From contig CAWJTV010000009.1 of NCBI GenBank assembly GCA_963845755.1, positions 32,001 to 96,000 of the forward strand: DNA of 64,000 bases, given 5' to 3'. This DNA is from an uncultured Planctomycetota bacterium (GTDB lineage: Bacteria; Planctomycetota; Planctomycetia; Isosphaerales; Isosphaeraceae). Below are positions 9,436 to 20,522 of this stretch, one piece after another (position 1 is the first letter of the stretch; each line of letters begins with the position of its first letter). Under the pieces are notes generated by a model. That model had not been told where the DNA came from, did not search any database, and saw only the letters and a program-made list of their open reading frames with translations. The translations under genes and the position numbers were made by a program.

Positions 9436-10989
9436 TCAGAGGGCCCTCAGGAATGCGACGAGATCCGCCTTTTCCTCCCTGGATAGGTTCAGCTCCTGCA
9501 CCAAGTTGAAGAACTCGACGGTGTCTTCCAGGGTCAGGCAGCGGCCGTCGTGCAGGTAGGGCGGACTCTCCTTGATCCCTCGCAGCGTGAAACTCTTGAT
9601 CGGGCCGTCGCCCGACTCGCCTTGCAGGAACCGCTCGAGGTGCAGGTCGTGCATCTTGTCGTCGAGATAGAACGGGGCGGGGTGGCAGACCGCACACTCG
9701 GCCTTGCCAAAGAACAGCTTCTCACCGCGAAGTTCTTGCTCGGTCGCCTTCTTCGGGTTGAGGCGACCCGTCACCGACAGTTTCGGAGCCGGCGGGAAGT
9801 CGAACATGTTCTGTGCCTGGGCCATGTGAGGGATGGCGCTCCGCGGCAACTCCTGGAATCCCTTCTTCGCCGCCCGGATCGGGTCCCCATTGAAATAGGC
9901 TGTTCGTGGCTCGAACTCGGTGAAGTCCTCGACCGACCGCAAACTCCTCTTCGATCCGTGGATCTGCTGGTTGAACAGGCCCCGCAGACTGGTAGTGTCG
10001 ATCCGGAATCGCCGTTCTTGCGGTCGGATGTCCGGGCTGAGGTGGAATTGCCCGGTAGTGTGGCCGTTGATGTGGCAGTCCAGACACGCCACCCCGAGCT
10101 GGGGCTGCGGACTCTTCCGATCGTCGGTGAGATTGAATTCCTCCTCGGGCAGTAGTGTCAATAGGAGGCGCATTCCCTCCAGTTGGACCGGCGTCATGAT
10201 CTCCTTGAACAGCGCGCGGAAGTTAGCCAAAGACACCACCTGGCCGCGGGATACGTCCCCCAGCTCCGGGCGGTTTTGTAGGAAAATCGCCGGTGGAAAC
10301 TCGGGCAGGAATTCATTCGGCAGGTCGAACTCGACGTCAAATCGTTCCAACCGAGGAAACATGGCCGTCTGCACCTGGGGGAAAACCTGCCCCCCGTTGG
10401 TCTGGAGCGGATGCGGCAGTGACGGATACGGAAACAACCCCCGCGCTCTGATCTCCTCGGGAGTCAGATTCGCCAGGTTTTCGAAGGTTATGCCTTCCGG
10501 CAGCCGCGCCGTCGGCCCCACGCACAGCGGCTTGCCACGAGTCATCTTCGCTTGCGGATCAAGCTTGGGGATGAGATTGCACCGGCTCTCCAGCAGCTTC
10601 CGGTGGGCGGCCATGACCGCCGCTTTCTGGGCGGACTCTTTGGCCATCACCGCTTCGAACGTGGTAAACGGCTGATCGGCATTGAGAGGGTCACGCGAGA
10701 AGTCGAAGCCAGAGATCCGTCCCTCCTTGGGCTGGCCCTTGAAAGCCGGTGTCAGCGGGGCCGGCTTCTTCGGGTCGAACGCGTCGGACCGGTCGTGATC
10801 GGTCAGGCGCAGCTCGGGTCGGTCGCCGGGTACCTGCCGAACGGCCGTCGCCGCAGCAGCCGGATCCGGGGCCCTCCCGGCCGGCGTGCCCCTTTCCCGT
10901 TCCGGCGCATCCTGGGCCGCCGCGGACAGAGGAGCGTGCAGAACGACTAATATCACAAGAGCGACAATGCATTTGTATTGACGCCGCAT
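9436..10989 (-). CDS. Exported di-heme c-type cytochrome (cytochrome c peroxidase/MauG superfamily)
   Basis: Signal peptide; two CxxCH motifs (CLDCH, CAVCH); LRGIKESPPYLHDGR..TLEDTVEFF. Confidence 0.85.
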   Translation of the reverse strand: MRRQYKCIVALVILVVLHAPLSAAAQDAPERERGTPAGRAPDPAAAATAVRQVPGDRPELRLTDHDRSDAFDPKKPAPLTPAFKGQPKEGRISGFDFSRDPLNADQPFTTFEAVMAKESAQKAAVMAAHRKLLESRCNLIPKLDPQAKMTRGKPLCVGPTARLPEGITFENLANLTPEEIRARGLFPYPSLPHPLQTNGGQVFPQVQTAMFPRLERFDVEFDLPNEFLPEFPPAIFLQNRPELGDVSRGQVVSLANFRALFKEIMTPVQLEGMRLLLTLLPEEEFNLTDDRKSPQPQLGVACLDCHINGHTTGQFHLSPDIRPQERRFRIDTTSLRGLFNQQIHGSKRSLRSVEDFTEFEPRTAYFNGDPIRAAKKGFQELPRSAIPHMAQAQNMFDFPPAPKLSVTGRLNPKKATEQELRGEKLFFGKAECAVCHPAPFYLDDKMHDLHLERFLQGESGDGPIKSFTLRGIKESPPYLHDGRCLTLEDTVEFFNLVQELNLSREEKADLVAFLRAL

Positions 10990-11138
10990 GGAACACCTCG
11001 TATGGGATTTGGATGAGATGAAAATACAACGTGCGGAATCCATCGATCCCGCACGCGCCAGCGACTCGCACCGGGCCATGGCGGCCCTCAGCCCGATACC
11101 GTCGTGGAACACACCGGAATCGGGCCGGAGTTTTCGGG

Positions 11139-12308
11139 TCAGGGCTTCAAGACCACCTTGATGCAGTGATCCTTCTTGTCACGGAACATCTTGTAGGCCG
11201 CCGGCGCCTCCTCCAGCGGGATCCGATGGGTGATCACGAACGATGGGTCGATCTCCCCGAACTGGATCTTCTCGAGCAACGGCCCGGTGTAGCGCTGCAC
11301 GTGCGTCTGTCCCATCTTGAAGGTCAGCCCTTTGTTCATCGCCGCGCCCAGGGGAATCTTGTCGGGGTAGCCGATATAAACGCCTGGGATCGACACCGTG
11401 CCCCCCTTGCGGCAACACAGGATCGCTTCGCGGAGAGCGTGCGGACGGTCGGTCGCCAGCCCAACGGCGGCTTTCGCCTTGTCGAAGATGGCATCGACGC
11501 TCCCACCGGCGTGGGCTTCGGCCCCGACCGCGTCGATGCAACTGTCCGGCCCGCGTCCCTGGGTCATCTCCATCAGAGTTTCGTAGACGTCCTGTTTCTT
11601 GAAGTCGATCGTCTCGGCCTTGCCCTGGCGGGCCATCTCCAGACGCTCTGGAACCGTGTCGATCGCGACGACTCGACCAGCACCGAGCATCCAGGCGCTA
11701 CGGATGGTGAACTGGGCGACTGGGCCGCATCCCCAGATCGCCACGGTGTCGCCGGGCTGGATCTGCGCGTTCTCGGCGCCCATGTAGCCGGTGGGGAAGA
11801 TGTCGGAGAGGAAGACGACCTTCTCGTCAGGCAGGCCGTCGGGGATCACCACCGGTCCGACGTCGGCGTAGGGGACGCGGAGGTACTCAGCCTGACCGCC
11901 GGGGAAGGCCCCCAGCATGTGGGAATACCCGAAGAGCCCGGCGGGCGACTGGCCCATCGCCTTTCGGGCGAGCTCGGAGTTGGGATTGGACCGATCGCAC
12001 ATCGCGAACTCGGACCGCTTGCAGTACCAGCATTCGCCGCAGGAAATCGTGAACGGCACGACGACGCGATCGCCCTTCTTGAGCTTTCTAACATCCTTGC
12101 CGACCTCGACGACCTCGCCCATCGGCTCGTGCCCCAGGATGTCGCCGGCCTCCATCGTGGGCATGTAGCCGTCATAAAGGTGCAGGTCGGAACCGCAAAT
12201 GCAGGTCGACGTGATTCGAATGATCACGTCGCGCGGATCCTCAATCGTCGGGTCGGGGACCGTGTCCACTCGGACATCGCTCTTCCCGTGCCAGCAGAGA
12301 GCTCTCAT
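11139..12308 (-). CDS. Zn-dependent alcohol dehydrogenase, glutathione-dependent formaldehyde dehydrogenase-like (YbdR type)
   Basis: [44 protein letters not shown]. Confidence 0.92.
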   Translation of the reverse strand: MRALCWHGKSDVRVDTVPDPTIEDPRDVIIRITSTCICGSDLHLYDGYMPTMEAGDILGHEPMGEVVEVGKDVRKLKKGDRVVVPFTISCGECWYCKRSEFAMCDRSNPNSELARKAMGQSPAGLFGYSHMLGAFPGGQAEYLRVPYADVGPVVIPDGLPDEKVVFLSDIFPTGYMGAENAQIQPGDTVAIWGCGPVAQFTIRSAWMLGAGRVVAIDTVPERLEMARQGKAETIDFKKQDVYETLMEMTQGRGPDSCIDAVGAEAHAGGSVDAIFDKAKAAVGLATDRPHALREAILCCRKGGTVSIPGVYIGYPDKIPLGAAMNKGLTFKMGQTHVQRYTGPLLEKIQFGEIDPSFVITHRIPLEEAPAAYKMFRDKKDHCIKVVLKP

Positions 12309-12355
12309 TGGGCGTCCTCTCGTGTTTGGGTGCAAATCCGTTGATTGGGCTTTGC

Positions 12356-12802
12356 TCAGACGATTGCGAAGGGTTGATGGCGGTTTCGGTAATGCGGCGC
12401 GGACCCATCGGCCACATTGGCGCGGTGGCTGGCGATGGAACCGTGGGGCCGGCCGCTGTGGAGTCGCCGTGCACACCAATAATCCAGGGCGGTGACCCCG
12501 GCGACGGCTACAATCGCCGCGGCCAGGTTCGCTCTGCGGGGATTGTCCTCCGTGAACCCCGATCCGAGTGCGGTCAAGTCGAGCGCGTCACCGGCCACCC
12601 GCGCCCAGACCCCGGCACCCGGCTGCGGCATAGCGAGAATCGCGGCTCCCGTGGCAACCTCGCGGATGCCGAAGACGCGGAACGGCCAGTTCTTGTCTTC
12701 CATCCCCAGAACGCGTCCGACCTGACGTCCTGCGAAGACCTCTGTGAGACCCAGGCCGATGCTGAACCATCCTAACGCCCGGGCGACTTTCCTCTCATTC
12801 AT
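12356..12802 (-). CDS. Small membrane protein resembling the N-terminus of stress-associated SRPBCC/cyclase proteins
   Basis: [43 protein letters not shown]. Confidence 0.7.
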   Translation of the reverse strand: MNERKVARALGWFSIGLGLTEVFAGRQVGRVLGMEDKNWPFRVFGIREVATGAAILAMPQPGAGVWARVAGDALDLTALGSGFTEDNPRRANLAAAIVAVAGVTALDYWCARRLHSGRPHGSIASHRANVADGSAPHYRNRHQPFAIV

Positions 12803-12897
12803 CTTTCCTCCCGCGCTGGAACCCACTCTGAACGCACGGATTAGCAGTGCCTCAGGCCGCTCATCGAACGCCTGCAAACGAATTGAGAAGGACGGCG

Positions 12898-14502
12898 CTA
12901 AACGATGATCACAACGGTGCCTGTACCAGTCCCTGTGCCTGTACCGGTGCCTGTCCCTGTGCCGGTGCCAGTCCCCGTCCCGACGCCGACTGTCCCAGTC
13001 CCCGTGCCAGATGACCCGATGACCGTGATTCCCGTGGAGCTGGTGTCTGTGGTGCCACTGGTTCCTGTGGCGCCGATGGTCCCGGTGCCGCCTGAGGGAC
13101 CACTAACGGTGATCCCCGAGGCGCCGGCGCCGATCGTCCCACTGGTCCCTGTGGCGCCGGCGCCGATCGTCCCTTCCGTCCCCGTGGTGTTGAATTGGCC
13201 GAGGCCAAGGTTCTGGTTAAACGTCGAGACAAGGCCGTTGAATCCCGTTCCGAAGTTCGTGTTGAAGGTGGAAGGGGCCATGCCGAAGCCGATGAACCCG
13301 GTATTCGTGCCGTTGACGAACCCGTTGTTGAATCCATTGTTGAAGGTGCTGCTCGTGAACGCGGATCCGAAAGGATTGGTCAACCCGCTGGTGGGAAGTG
13401 TCAGGTTCGTCGGACTCGTCAGCCCGAGGAAGGCGTTCAGGGGCGTCACGAGGTTCTGGAGGGCGTTGCCGAAAGCCGTCGATACGGCCGTGTTCAACGT
13501 GGAAGTCCCGAACGGGAGGTTTTGCAGGGAGGAGGCGAGACTGGTGGCGCCACTGGGATTGTTGACGGTACCGAAGAGCACCGGCTGGAGTTGCCCGACC
13601 GTGTTCGAATTGCCGGGAAAGAGAGAAAGGCCACTGCCAAGCTCGAATGCGGCGGTGGACAGCGCATTGTTAAACTCGGTCCCAAAGGCGCTCATGGCGG
13701 TCTGGGTCGGAGTACCGGTCACGCCGTTCGGGAACAGCATCGCGTTGGCGACGGTTGGGAAACTCTGGGCGAGCGACCCGAGCGTATTGCTGACCTGGTT
13801 GATGAGCTGACCGCCCAGGAACTGCGCGAGCGGGATCCGTTGCCCACTGCTGTTGACCGAGAGTTGATTGACCGGCGTCGTGTTGAAGAAGTTGTTGATT
13901 TGGGAAATTGTCTGCTGACCGGCGTTCTGGAGGACCCTGGAGAGCGCCGGGGTCGTCCCGCTGAGTCGGCCCGACTGGGCGAGCGCCATCACGCGATTGG
14001 TGAGGCTCCTGGGGCTGGAGCCCAGGATCGCATTCTGGATCGCCGGTACGAGTCGGGTGCCGGAATGCGGCAGGAGCGCCGCCTCCGTGGAGAGCCGTAA
14101 GGCCGTCGCGTTCAGCGCGCCCGCCACGCTGGCCTGTAAGTCCGCCATCTGCTGCGCCGTGGGGACGGTACCCTCGGCCTTGAGTTGGGCAACATCGGCG
14201 TTGATCGCCGCTTTGAGGTCCCTCGTCGCGGTGTGGACCTGTCGGTCATAGTCGGCTCGCAGGCGGGTAACGGTCAAGTGATGCGACTCCCTGGCCCGGG
14301 CCACGCGGACACTGACCGGTGGTGCCGCCGGCGGGGGCGTGATGTCCAGCTCCGCGTAGATGGGCGACGGTATCGAATAAACCACCGCCGCCGTCGCGAC
14401 CGACGCTCCCCCCGTGCCGCTGGCCAGCACCAATCGCTGCTCCAGACCGGCTTCGGTTACCGATGGACGAATAGAGAGTCGGTTTTTATTGTATGTGTTC
14501 AT
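12898..14502 (-). CDS. Exported low-complexity protein with planctomycete LExR N-terminal motif and C-terminal Gly-Thr repeats
   Basis: RPSVTEAGLEQRLVLA; N/F/G-rich segment; (GT)n tail. Confidence 0.75.
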   Translation of the reverse strand: MNTYNKNRLSIRPSVTEAGLEQRLVLASGTGGASVATAAVVYSIPSPIYAELDITPPPAAPPVSVRVARARESHHLTVTRLRADYDRQVHTATRDLKAAINADVAQLKAEGTVPTAQQMADLQASVAGALNATALRLSTEAALLPHSGTRLVPAIQNAILGSSPRSLTNRVMALAQSGRLSGTTPALSRVLQNAGQQTISQINNFFNTTPVNQLSVNSSGQRIPLAQFLGGQLINQVSNTLGSLAQSFPTVANAMLFPNGVTGTPTQTAMSAFGTEFNNALSTAAFELGSGLSLFPGNSNTVGQLQPVLFGTVNNPSGATSLASSLQNLPFGTSTLNTAVSTAFGNALQNLVTPLNAFLGLTSPTNLTLPTSGLTNPFGSAFTSSTFNNGFNNGFVNGTNTGFIGFGMAPSTFNTNFGTGFNGLVSTFNQNLGLGQFNTTGTEGTIGAGATGTSGTIGAGASGITVSGPSGGTGTIGATGTSGTTDTSSTGITVIGSSGTGTGTVGVGTGTGTGTGTGTGTGTGTGTGTVVIIV

Positions 14503-14776
14503 GTGATGATTCTGAATGCGTATCTCGATCGGTGCGCCGACGTCGATCCGAAGGTTCGGTCGGACCCGCCGCGGCGTACCTGGTGTTTTTTCTTCCTGAG
14601 ACGTTGAGGAGGGTGAGCCGGAGGGATCCCTCACAATCGCCAGTCCTTGTAGATGGGCACTGCCGCACAACTCGTGCCATTTGATGTTCGGCTTGACGAA
14701 AGCCACTGCTGGGATCACTCAAACCACTCGCTCAAGGCCCCCTTGATGGGGCTTAGTCAAGGTCGATACTCTTCGC

Positions 14777-14930
14777 CTAACGCGGCCTTCGGCCGCAACC
14801 CAATCGGGATTCCCGATTCGAGATTCCGGATTCCCGAAGGGGAATGATCCGGGAATCGGGAATCGCGAATCCGGAATTCGGAATCCCCAGAGGCGCGCAC
14901 GGCCCAGGGATCCTACGGAGGACGACTCTA
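14777..14930. repeat. Heptamer-palindrome element D, copy 1
   Basis: CTAACGCGGCCTTCGGCCGCAACC, then GATTCCC/GATTCG-type 7-mers, inverted GGAATC-type 7-mers, and a tail ending GACTCTA; near-identical to 20747-20900. Confidence 0.88.
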
Positions 14931-15002
14931 AGACTACGCGATTCAGGGACGCAGGAGCGGGATTGCGTGGAATCCCTTACGCCGAAGGTCTTGCACACCA
15001 TT

Positions 15003-15113
15003 AAGGCTGTCGCGTTGTTCCCCGCGCCAACCTGCGCGTCGGGTTGGGGAGACCCCGTTGGGTGCGCCGGAGGATGGGGGGGGACGGGGATTGTTATTAA
15101 ATGCGAGAGCCCT
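15003..15113. mobile_element. Possible small MITE
   Basis: AAGGCTGTCGCGTT versus reverse-complemented right end AGGGCTCTCGCATT (11/14). Confidence 0.3.
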
Positions 15114-15320
15114 TCCGCCGCGCAACTCATCCGCGACGAAAGGGCTCTCCTGAGCATTGCAGTGAGAAGTTCCGGTCTCGGCGGGCGTCCGAAGATCGCC
15201 GGACCGAACCCGCTCCTCTCCGACTTGGGGCGGGCCGGCTGCACTTCGACAGTCAGCCCGGTGGCCAGGCGCCAGCCTTTGGAAATCTCGTCAGGCTCTC
15301 CCTGGCCTCAGTGACGATGT

Positions 15321-15833
15321 TTATGCGCGCGCCGCCCCGACATTGACCGACGATTCCGCGATCTTGGTCAGCTTCTTATCGCAGGCGGCCTCCTCATCCA
15401 GAGTTCGTTGAAGAGTCTTGGCGACCTCCTGATGTCCCAGGTGTTCGGCGAGAGTACGAACGGTCCCGTAACCGGCGATCTCGTAGTGCTCGACGCGTTG
15501 CGCCGCGGCGATGAGGGCCGCGTCCTTGACGTGCGCATCCCCACTGGCTCCCACTGCCTCCTCGCCCTCGGCGATCAATCCCTTCATCGCCTCACAGGTC
15601 TCCCGCTCTGGCGTCAGGCCCATCGACCCGAAGATCTTCTCCAACCTCGCCACGTGTTGCTCGGTCTCGCGAAGATGAGTCGTGAAGGCCGTTTTCAGTT
15701 GCTGGCTCGAGGCCGCCTCAGCCATCTTGGGAAGGGCTTTGGTCAGCCTCTGCTCCGCGTCGTAAAGATCCTGGATCTGAGCGACGAACAGGTCATCGAG
15801 GGAATTCAGGGTCATGCTCGAGAACAGGCCCAT
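15321..15833 (-). CDS. Ferritin-like DUF892 (YciF-family) stress protein
   Basis: DLYDAEQRLTKALPKM, HLRETEQH, CEAMKGLI, AAAQRVEHYEIAGYGT. Confidence 0.93.
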   Translation of the reverse strand: MGLFSSMTLNSLDDLFVAQIQDLYDAEQRLTKALPKMAEAASSQQLKTAFTTHLRETEQHVARLEKIFGSMGLTPERETCEAMKGLIAEGEEAVGASGDAHVKDAALIAAAQRVEHYEIAGYGTVRTLAEHLGHQEVAKTLQRTLDEEAACDKKLTKIAESSVNVGAARA

Positions 15834-16150
15834 AAGGTCCTCCTGCAGAAAGCCCGGTACCATGAACCGCCGGCATGGACATCCGGGTCCGATTGGGTGC
15901 GGCCGGCGCCGCGACAAAGGACGATCCATCGATCGACTGAGAGCATCCATCCGTTGGTCGAGAGTAACCGCTGGTCGAACTCGGGAACAGAGTGTGATCT
16001 AAGCGTGCAAAAAGAGTGCCCTGGATATTCATCAATATTTGCTCAATAAGGAGTTGGGTTGGCCCGTTGTTTGCATTTTGCGGATTTCCCGAGGAAAACG
16101 AGAATTGTGCGATTTCGATCCAACAGGAATCGACGCTTGAGGAAACGACT

Positions 16151-17062
16151 ATGGCGACGATCGTGATCACGCGGGACCAATCGATCGAGCGGGCGATCGA
16201 TGACGCGCTCGGGAGAATCCCCGACCTGGCGCGGCTTGTCCATGACCGATTGGTGGCGGTCAAGCCGAATGAGACATACGCCGATGAGAACGACAAGACC
16301 GGAGTTACGCAGCCCGACACGCTCCGAGCGGTGTTGCGATACGTCAAGCGGTTCGCACCACGCCGGCTGGTGGTCACTGGCGGCTCGGGCGCCGGCGAGA
16401 CTGACGCTATCTTTCGCGTTGCCGGCTTGATGGAGGTCGTCGAGCAAGAGGGGGTCGAGTTCTTCGACCACAATCGTCCGCCATTTCAGGAGGTCAAGTT
16501 GGAGTATGGTGCGGACGAAGAGGTCCGGGGCCCTCAGGCGTCGGTGATGGTCAATCCCCGCGTCCTTGAGTACGAGACCCTGATCGTGCTCAGCCAGCTC
16601 AAGCTCCACCAGACGGCCACGGTCACCATGGCTCTGAAGAACGTTGCCATGAGTTACCCGGCGGCCGATTACTACGGCCACCCGCGCAGTAAGCAGAAAC
16701 ACGAACACCATTTCATGGATGACATGCACTCATTCATCGCAGCGATGGCCAAACGATTCAAGATCGACCTGGCGATCACGGTGGGACACCCGGCGATGAT
16801 CGCGACCGGTCCTCTGGGAGGCCACGCGGTCGAGACGGGGCTGGTCCTCGCCAGCACCGATGCGCTGGCGGCTGACGTCGTCGGCGCCAAGCTACTGGGC
16901 TTCGGTCCCCAGGCCGTCCGGCACCTCTGGGAGGCGGGGAAGCTCGGTCTGGGCGAGATCACGACCGACGAAATGAAGTTCCCGGCACTGAGCTTGAAGC
17001 AGGCGATTGAGGCATTTACCGAGGCTGCCTACGGTGAGCGACTCACTTTCGAGCATCCGTGA
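16151..17062 (+). CDS. DUF362 domain protein
   Basis: VAVKPN, LKLH..ATVTMALKN, LASTDALAADVVG. Confidence 0.85.
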   Translation: MATIVITRDQSIERAIDDALGRIPDLARLVHDRLVAVKPNETYADENDKTGVTQPDTLRAVLRYVKRFAPRRLVVTGGSGAGETDAIFRVAGLMEVVEQEGVEFFDHNRPPFQEVKLEYGADEEVRGPQASVMVNPRVLEYETLIVLSQLKLHQTATVTMALKNVAMSYPAADYYGHPRSKQKHEHHFMDDMHSFIAAMAKRFKIDLAITVGHPAMIATGPLGGHAVETGLVLASTDALAADVVGAKLLGFGPQAVRHLWEAGKLGLGEITTDEMKFPALSLKQAIEAFTEAAYGERLTFEHP

Positions 17063-17337
17063 GGCCGGGATTCCTCTGGAAACCTTCAGGCCGGGGGCGC
17101 CTGAGTTGGCGATCGAGAAACCAGGATACTGGGAATCCTTCAACTTCCGGAATATGCCGAGCAGATGTATGGTCGAGAATCAATTGCGCTGCTCGATATT
17201 GTGAACCTTCGCGGTCTTGCCATCAGCACGTGGCCGGGCCCGTTCGACCGTCGAGCCATTTCTGCCTTACTTCGGATCGCGACGAGGGCAACGAATCGGC
17301 TAGGGGTCAGAACGCGCCTGTCAATCCCTGACCCGCA

Positions 17338-18003
17338 TCACGACCTCCGGCGGTCCCCCGTGTCGTGTCGGCATCGTGGCGCCCCCGCCCTGCCGATATC
17401 TTCTTGATGGGTTGTAGCGAATACCAATTCGGTTGAAGGGCGAATGTCTGCCTTGAGAATCTTCCTCATCTGCTCCAGGGCGTTGGCGTTCTCTTGCTCG
17501 GTGTTGGACGCTACGCCGTCACAAGGAACTATCAGCGAGAAGTCACGCATATAGGCGTCATTCGCCGTGAATAACACGCAGTTATTCCCGGCAATGCCCG
17601 TGAGGATCACCGTCTTCGTACCCAGATGTTCGAGCAAGAGGTCGAGGGTCGTGGAGAAGAACCCGGAATGTTTGGGTTTCAGCACGAAGTAATCGTCGGG
17701 ATCGGGGATCAACAATTCCGCGATCGGTCGGCCTCGCACTCCGTCATTCAAGCAGTGCTCGACCTGGCTAGTGAAGTTCGAACGCCAGCGCCCGAAGTTG
17801 TCGTTGACGTAAACTACGGGGATGCCGGCCGCCTTCATGCGGAGTTTCAGGCGCAAGAGGCGTTCGGCCATTGGTAAGGCGTGCCGCAACAAATGCTCCC
17901 CTTCCGGAAAGTCCAGGTCGTTGATCACATCGATCAGGAGCAAGGCAATATCGGCCTTATCCGGAGCATTACCGTGCAGGCTCTCGTTGTCGGAAGTCAT
18001 CAT
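17338..18003 (-). CDS. Isochorismatase-family cysteine hydrolase
   Basis: ALLLIDVIND, KPKHSGFFST, TGIAGNNCVLFTANDAYMR. Confidence 0.92.
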   Translation of the reverse strand: MMTSDNESLHGNAPDKADIALLLIDVINDLDFPEGEHLLRHALPMAERLLRLKLRMKAAGIPVVYVNDNFGRWRSNFTSQVEHCLNDGVRGRPIAELLIPDPDDYFVLKPKHSGFFSTTLDLLLEHLGTKTVILTGIAGNNCVLFTANDAYMRDFSLIVPCDGVASNTEQENANALEQMRKILKADIRPSTELVFATTHQEDIGRAGAPRCRHDTGDRRRS

Positions 18004-18117
18004 GTCCCCTCCAGGGCATCCTCGATCGAACCGTAACTCACCGGCAGGCGGGAAAACGCGCTCACGCCCGGTGTCGACGATGGATGAAGTCTGGATAGAT
18101 GGGCACCGTCTACAAGG

Positions 18118-18702
18118 CTAGAGCGATAGATCGTCGGACGTTTCGGTTTCCTCGACGGCATGTCCCTCCAGGACTTGCAAGGTCTCCACGGCCAGCTCTT
18201 CGATCTTCCCCTGGATCTGCCGGACGATCTCGGCGTGCTTCGTGTCTTCCTCGAGGGCCCGGCCGTTGTCATCCTTGTCGAGACGGATGCCGGTATGCTC
18301 ACAGAGGAGTCGCAAGAGATGAAGGATCTGAGTGGTCTCCTGCTCGGCCAGCATGTTGATCTGCAAGTCGAGGTGATTGCGGCGCTCGCTGAGTCTCGCC
18401 TGGCGGTTCTGGCTGATCATGAGGATCGGTGCGGCATACGCCGCCTGGAATGAAAGAGCCAGATTTAAGAGGATGAATGGATAAGGATCCCAATGGTTCA
18501 CCCAAGCGGCCAGGTTCAACGCGATCCAGATCAGTAGGATCGTCGTCTGGATGATGATGAACGTCCAACTGCCGACCCACGCCGAGATCCGATCGGCCAT
18601 CCGATCCCCGCGCGTACGGAGGTTGGTCGCCGCCTTCTCCATCTCTGCGATAATCGCGACATTACGTCGCGTCAGCTCTTCGATGGAGCGGATTGGCCTC
18701 AT
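18118..18702 (-). CDS. DUF1003 membrane protein
   Basis: GSWTFI, WDPYPFILLNLALSFQAAYAAPILMISQNRQ. Confidence 0.92.
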   Translation of the reverse strand: MRPIRSIEELTRRNVAIIAEMEKAATNLRTRGDRMADRISAWVGSWTFIIIQTTILLIWIALNLAAWVNHWDPYPFILLNLALSFQAAYAAPILMISQNRQARLSERRNHLDLQINMLAEQETTQILHLLRLLCEHTGIRLDKDDNGRALEEDTKHAEIVRQIQGKIEELAVETLQVLEGHAVEETETSDDLSL

Positions 18703-18942
18703 CTGTCTGACCTCGTCATCAGTGCATCCAGCCGATTGTTGTACGTTCACGGCACGCTCGCCAGCCCGAGGAGGATGAGTCTGCGTAACCGGGAGACGAT
18801 CGTTCAGTGCGGCTCGGCCCTGGCGTATCACAGCATTCGGCCCCCAATCAGCCGTCGTTTTGCATTCTCAGAACACGGTCCTGGCAGGACGATTGGCTTC
18901 GTGGTCAGCTAACAGGTTCGCCGCGACTATTAAGACGGATCA

Positions 18943-20028
18943 TCACGCAGTTCCAACCGGGATTTGAACGCGCCTGCGCCCTGCCATGGCCCGAGCTCGA
19001 TCCGGTGACTGCAATTGTGTTTCGGCACCCCGAGATCGACCGAGAGCCTGCCCGGCCGCCTCCGTGGCGGCCGCCGCTCCATCCCACAGGCCGCGGGCCA
19101 TGGCGTTGTCCATCGGCCGGAACAGCGAGGCGGCGATCCAAACCGGAAATGTCAGCCCGAAACCCATGTAGTAGGCCCCTGCGTAGGTGGCCCGCCCCAA
19201 CGCCCCAGGCCAACCGCTCGCGAGTTGCCGCGCCGGGACCTCGGCCGGTGCAACTTCTTGGATCTTCCCTAGGTCGCGGAGCCAACGCTCCTGGAAGATC
19301 CGCCGCGCCGTGACGTCAACCCGATGCATGAAAGTCAGGTTCAGGAGGGCGCCCGATATGGCGCCGACCCCGGGTATTTCCTCGAAGACCTCGAGCTGAA
19401 AGAGAAAGGCCAGGGCTTCCTGGGCTAGGACCTCCATCTGCGTTTCTTCGAGGAGCAGATCCTCGAGCTCGCGGAGTTGGCCGAGCCGCTGACGCCGGAT
19501 CTCCAGTGAGCCGGAACTTGCGGCGATGAGCACGCCCACGACGAAGGGACGGTCCTTCCGCCGATTGAGCGGATATCCGTAGCAATGACCGATCTTGAGG
19601 ATCGTCCGGAGCGCTACGACGAACAATATGGGGACATCAACCAAGGTGGTCAAGACGCCACCGGCACCCGTGGCTGCACCCTCGGCCGTGGCTAACGCCT
19701 GCATCGCTAGACCGACCTGTTTGGCCAGGTGGTCGCACTCCTCCAGCGACTTCTCCCGCAACGCCGTGAGGCTCTTCACGCCGGCCTGATTCTGGATGTC
19801 CTTGCGTCCGGCGAGTAGCTCAGAGGCGTCGTAGGATCGTTCCATCGCCAAGCGGACGACTGCGTCGGGGATCACCGTTTCCACGGCCTTGGCGACGGGG
19901 AGGGTGATCATTTTCCACAATTCGGAAAGGGGGTTGGTGGGCTCCGACTTCCAGGCGGCAATCTGCCGAACTTGCTCGGCCTCGTAGGCCGTCAATCCTC
20001 GTTGCGCGGGTATAGCGTGCTGGCTCAT
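18943..20028 (-). CDS. EcsC-family protein
   Basis: EGAATGAGG..VDVP, IGHCYGY, IPGVGAISGA.LN. Confidence 0.85.
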   Translation of the reverse strand: MSQHAIPAQRGLTAYEAEQVRQIAAWKSEPTNPLSELWKMITLPVAKAVETVIPDAVVRLAMERSYDASELLAGRKDIQNQAGVKSLTALREKSLEECDHLAKQVGLAMQALATAEGAATGAGGVLTTLVDVPILFVVALRTILKIGHCYGYPLNRRKDRPFVVGVLIAASSGSLEIRRQRLGQLRELEDLLLEETQMEVLAQEALAFLFQLEVFEEIPGVGAISGALLNLTFMHRVDVTARRIFQERWLRDLGKIQEVAPAEVPARQLASGWPGALGRATYAGAYYMGFGLTFPVWIAASLFRPMDNAMARGLWDGAAAATEAAGQALGRSRGAETQLQSPDRARAMAGRRRVQIPVGTA

Positions 20029-20231
20029 GAAGGTTCCCGACTCGCGAATGGCTGAAATCGTGAGTGAAGAGACTCCCTTCGGCCGATCTGGACGTCGCAT
20101 GGCACCGGACTTACGCCGATCGCCGACTGATGATCCGAGGGGGTGCGTAGCCCCCTCAGCGTGGATATCGGTGGAATGTATGCAACCGGCGCGCCGACCT
20201 GCCCGCAAGCATCCCTGATTACTGTACGACC

Positions 20232-20522
20232 TTGAATATCCTCCACGTTGACCCCGAGATGGCGAACTGCCTCCGCACTTGCCGCGACTGTGCGGAACTG
20301 TGCTGGATCTGCTCGGGTTATACCAGCCGCGGCACGCAACTCGCGACGGACCTCTGCCGGGCGTGTGATCTCTGTGCGGCTGGGTGCGGAAAGCACCAGG
20401 CCGATCGCTGCCGCCAGTGTGCGGAGACGTGCCGACGCTGTGCCGAGGAATGCCGGTTGCGGGAGCGAGATACTGACATACCTACCGCGTTTCAGGTCAA
20501 CCGCCCATCGCTTGTGGGATGA
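20232..20522 (+). pseudogene. Partial four-helix-bundle copper-storage (DUF326/Csp3-like) protein
   Basis: Repeated CxxC/CxxxC motifs (CLRTCRDCAELCWIC ... CRQCAETCRRCAEECR); the first helix appears to be missing and there is no strong start. Confidence 0.65.

Noticed and set aside
12905..13810. (Val-Pro)n ORF on the + strand
   Set aside because: Antisense mirror of the Gly-Thr repeat protein
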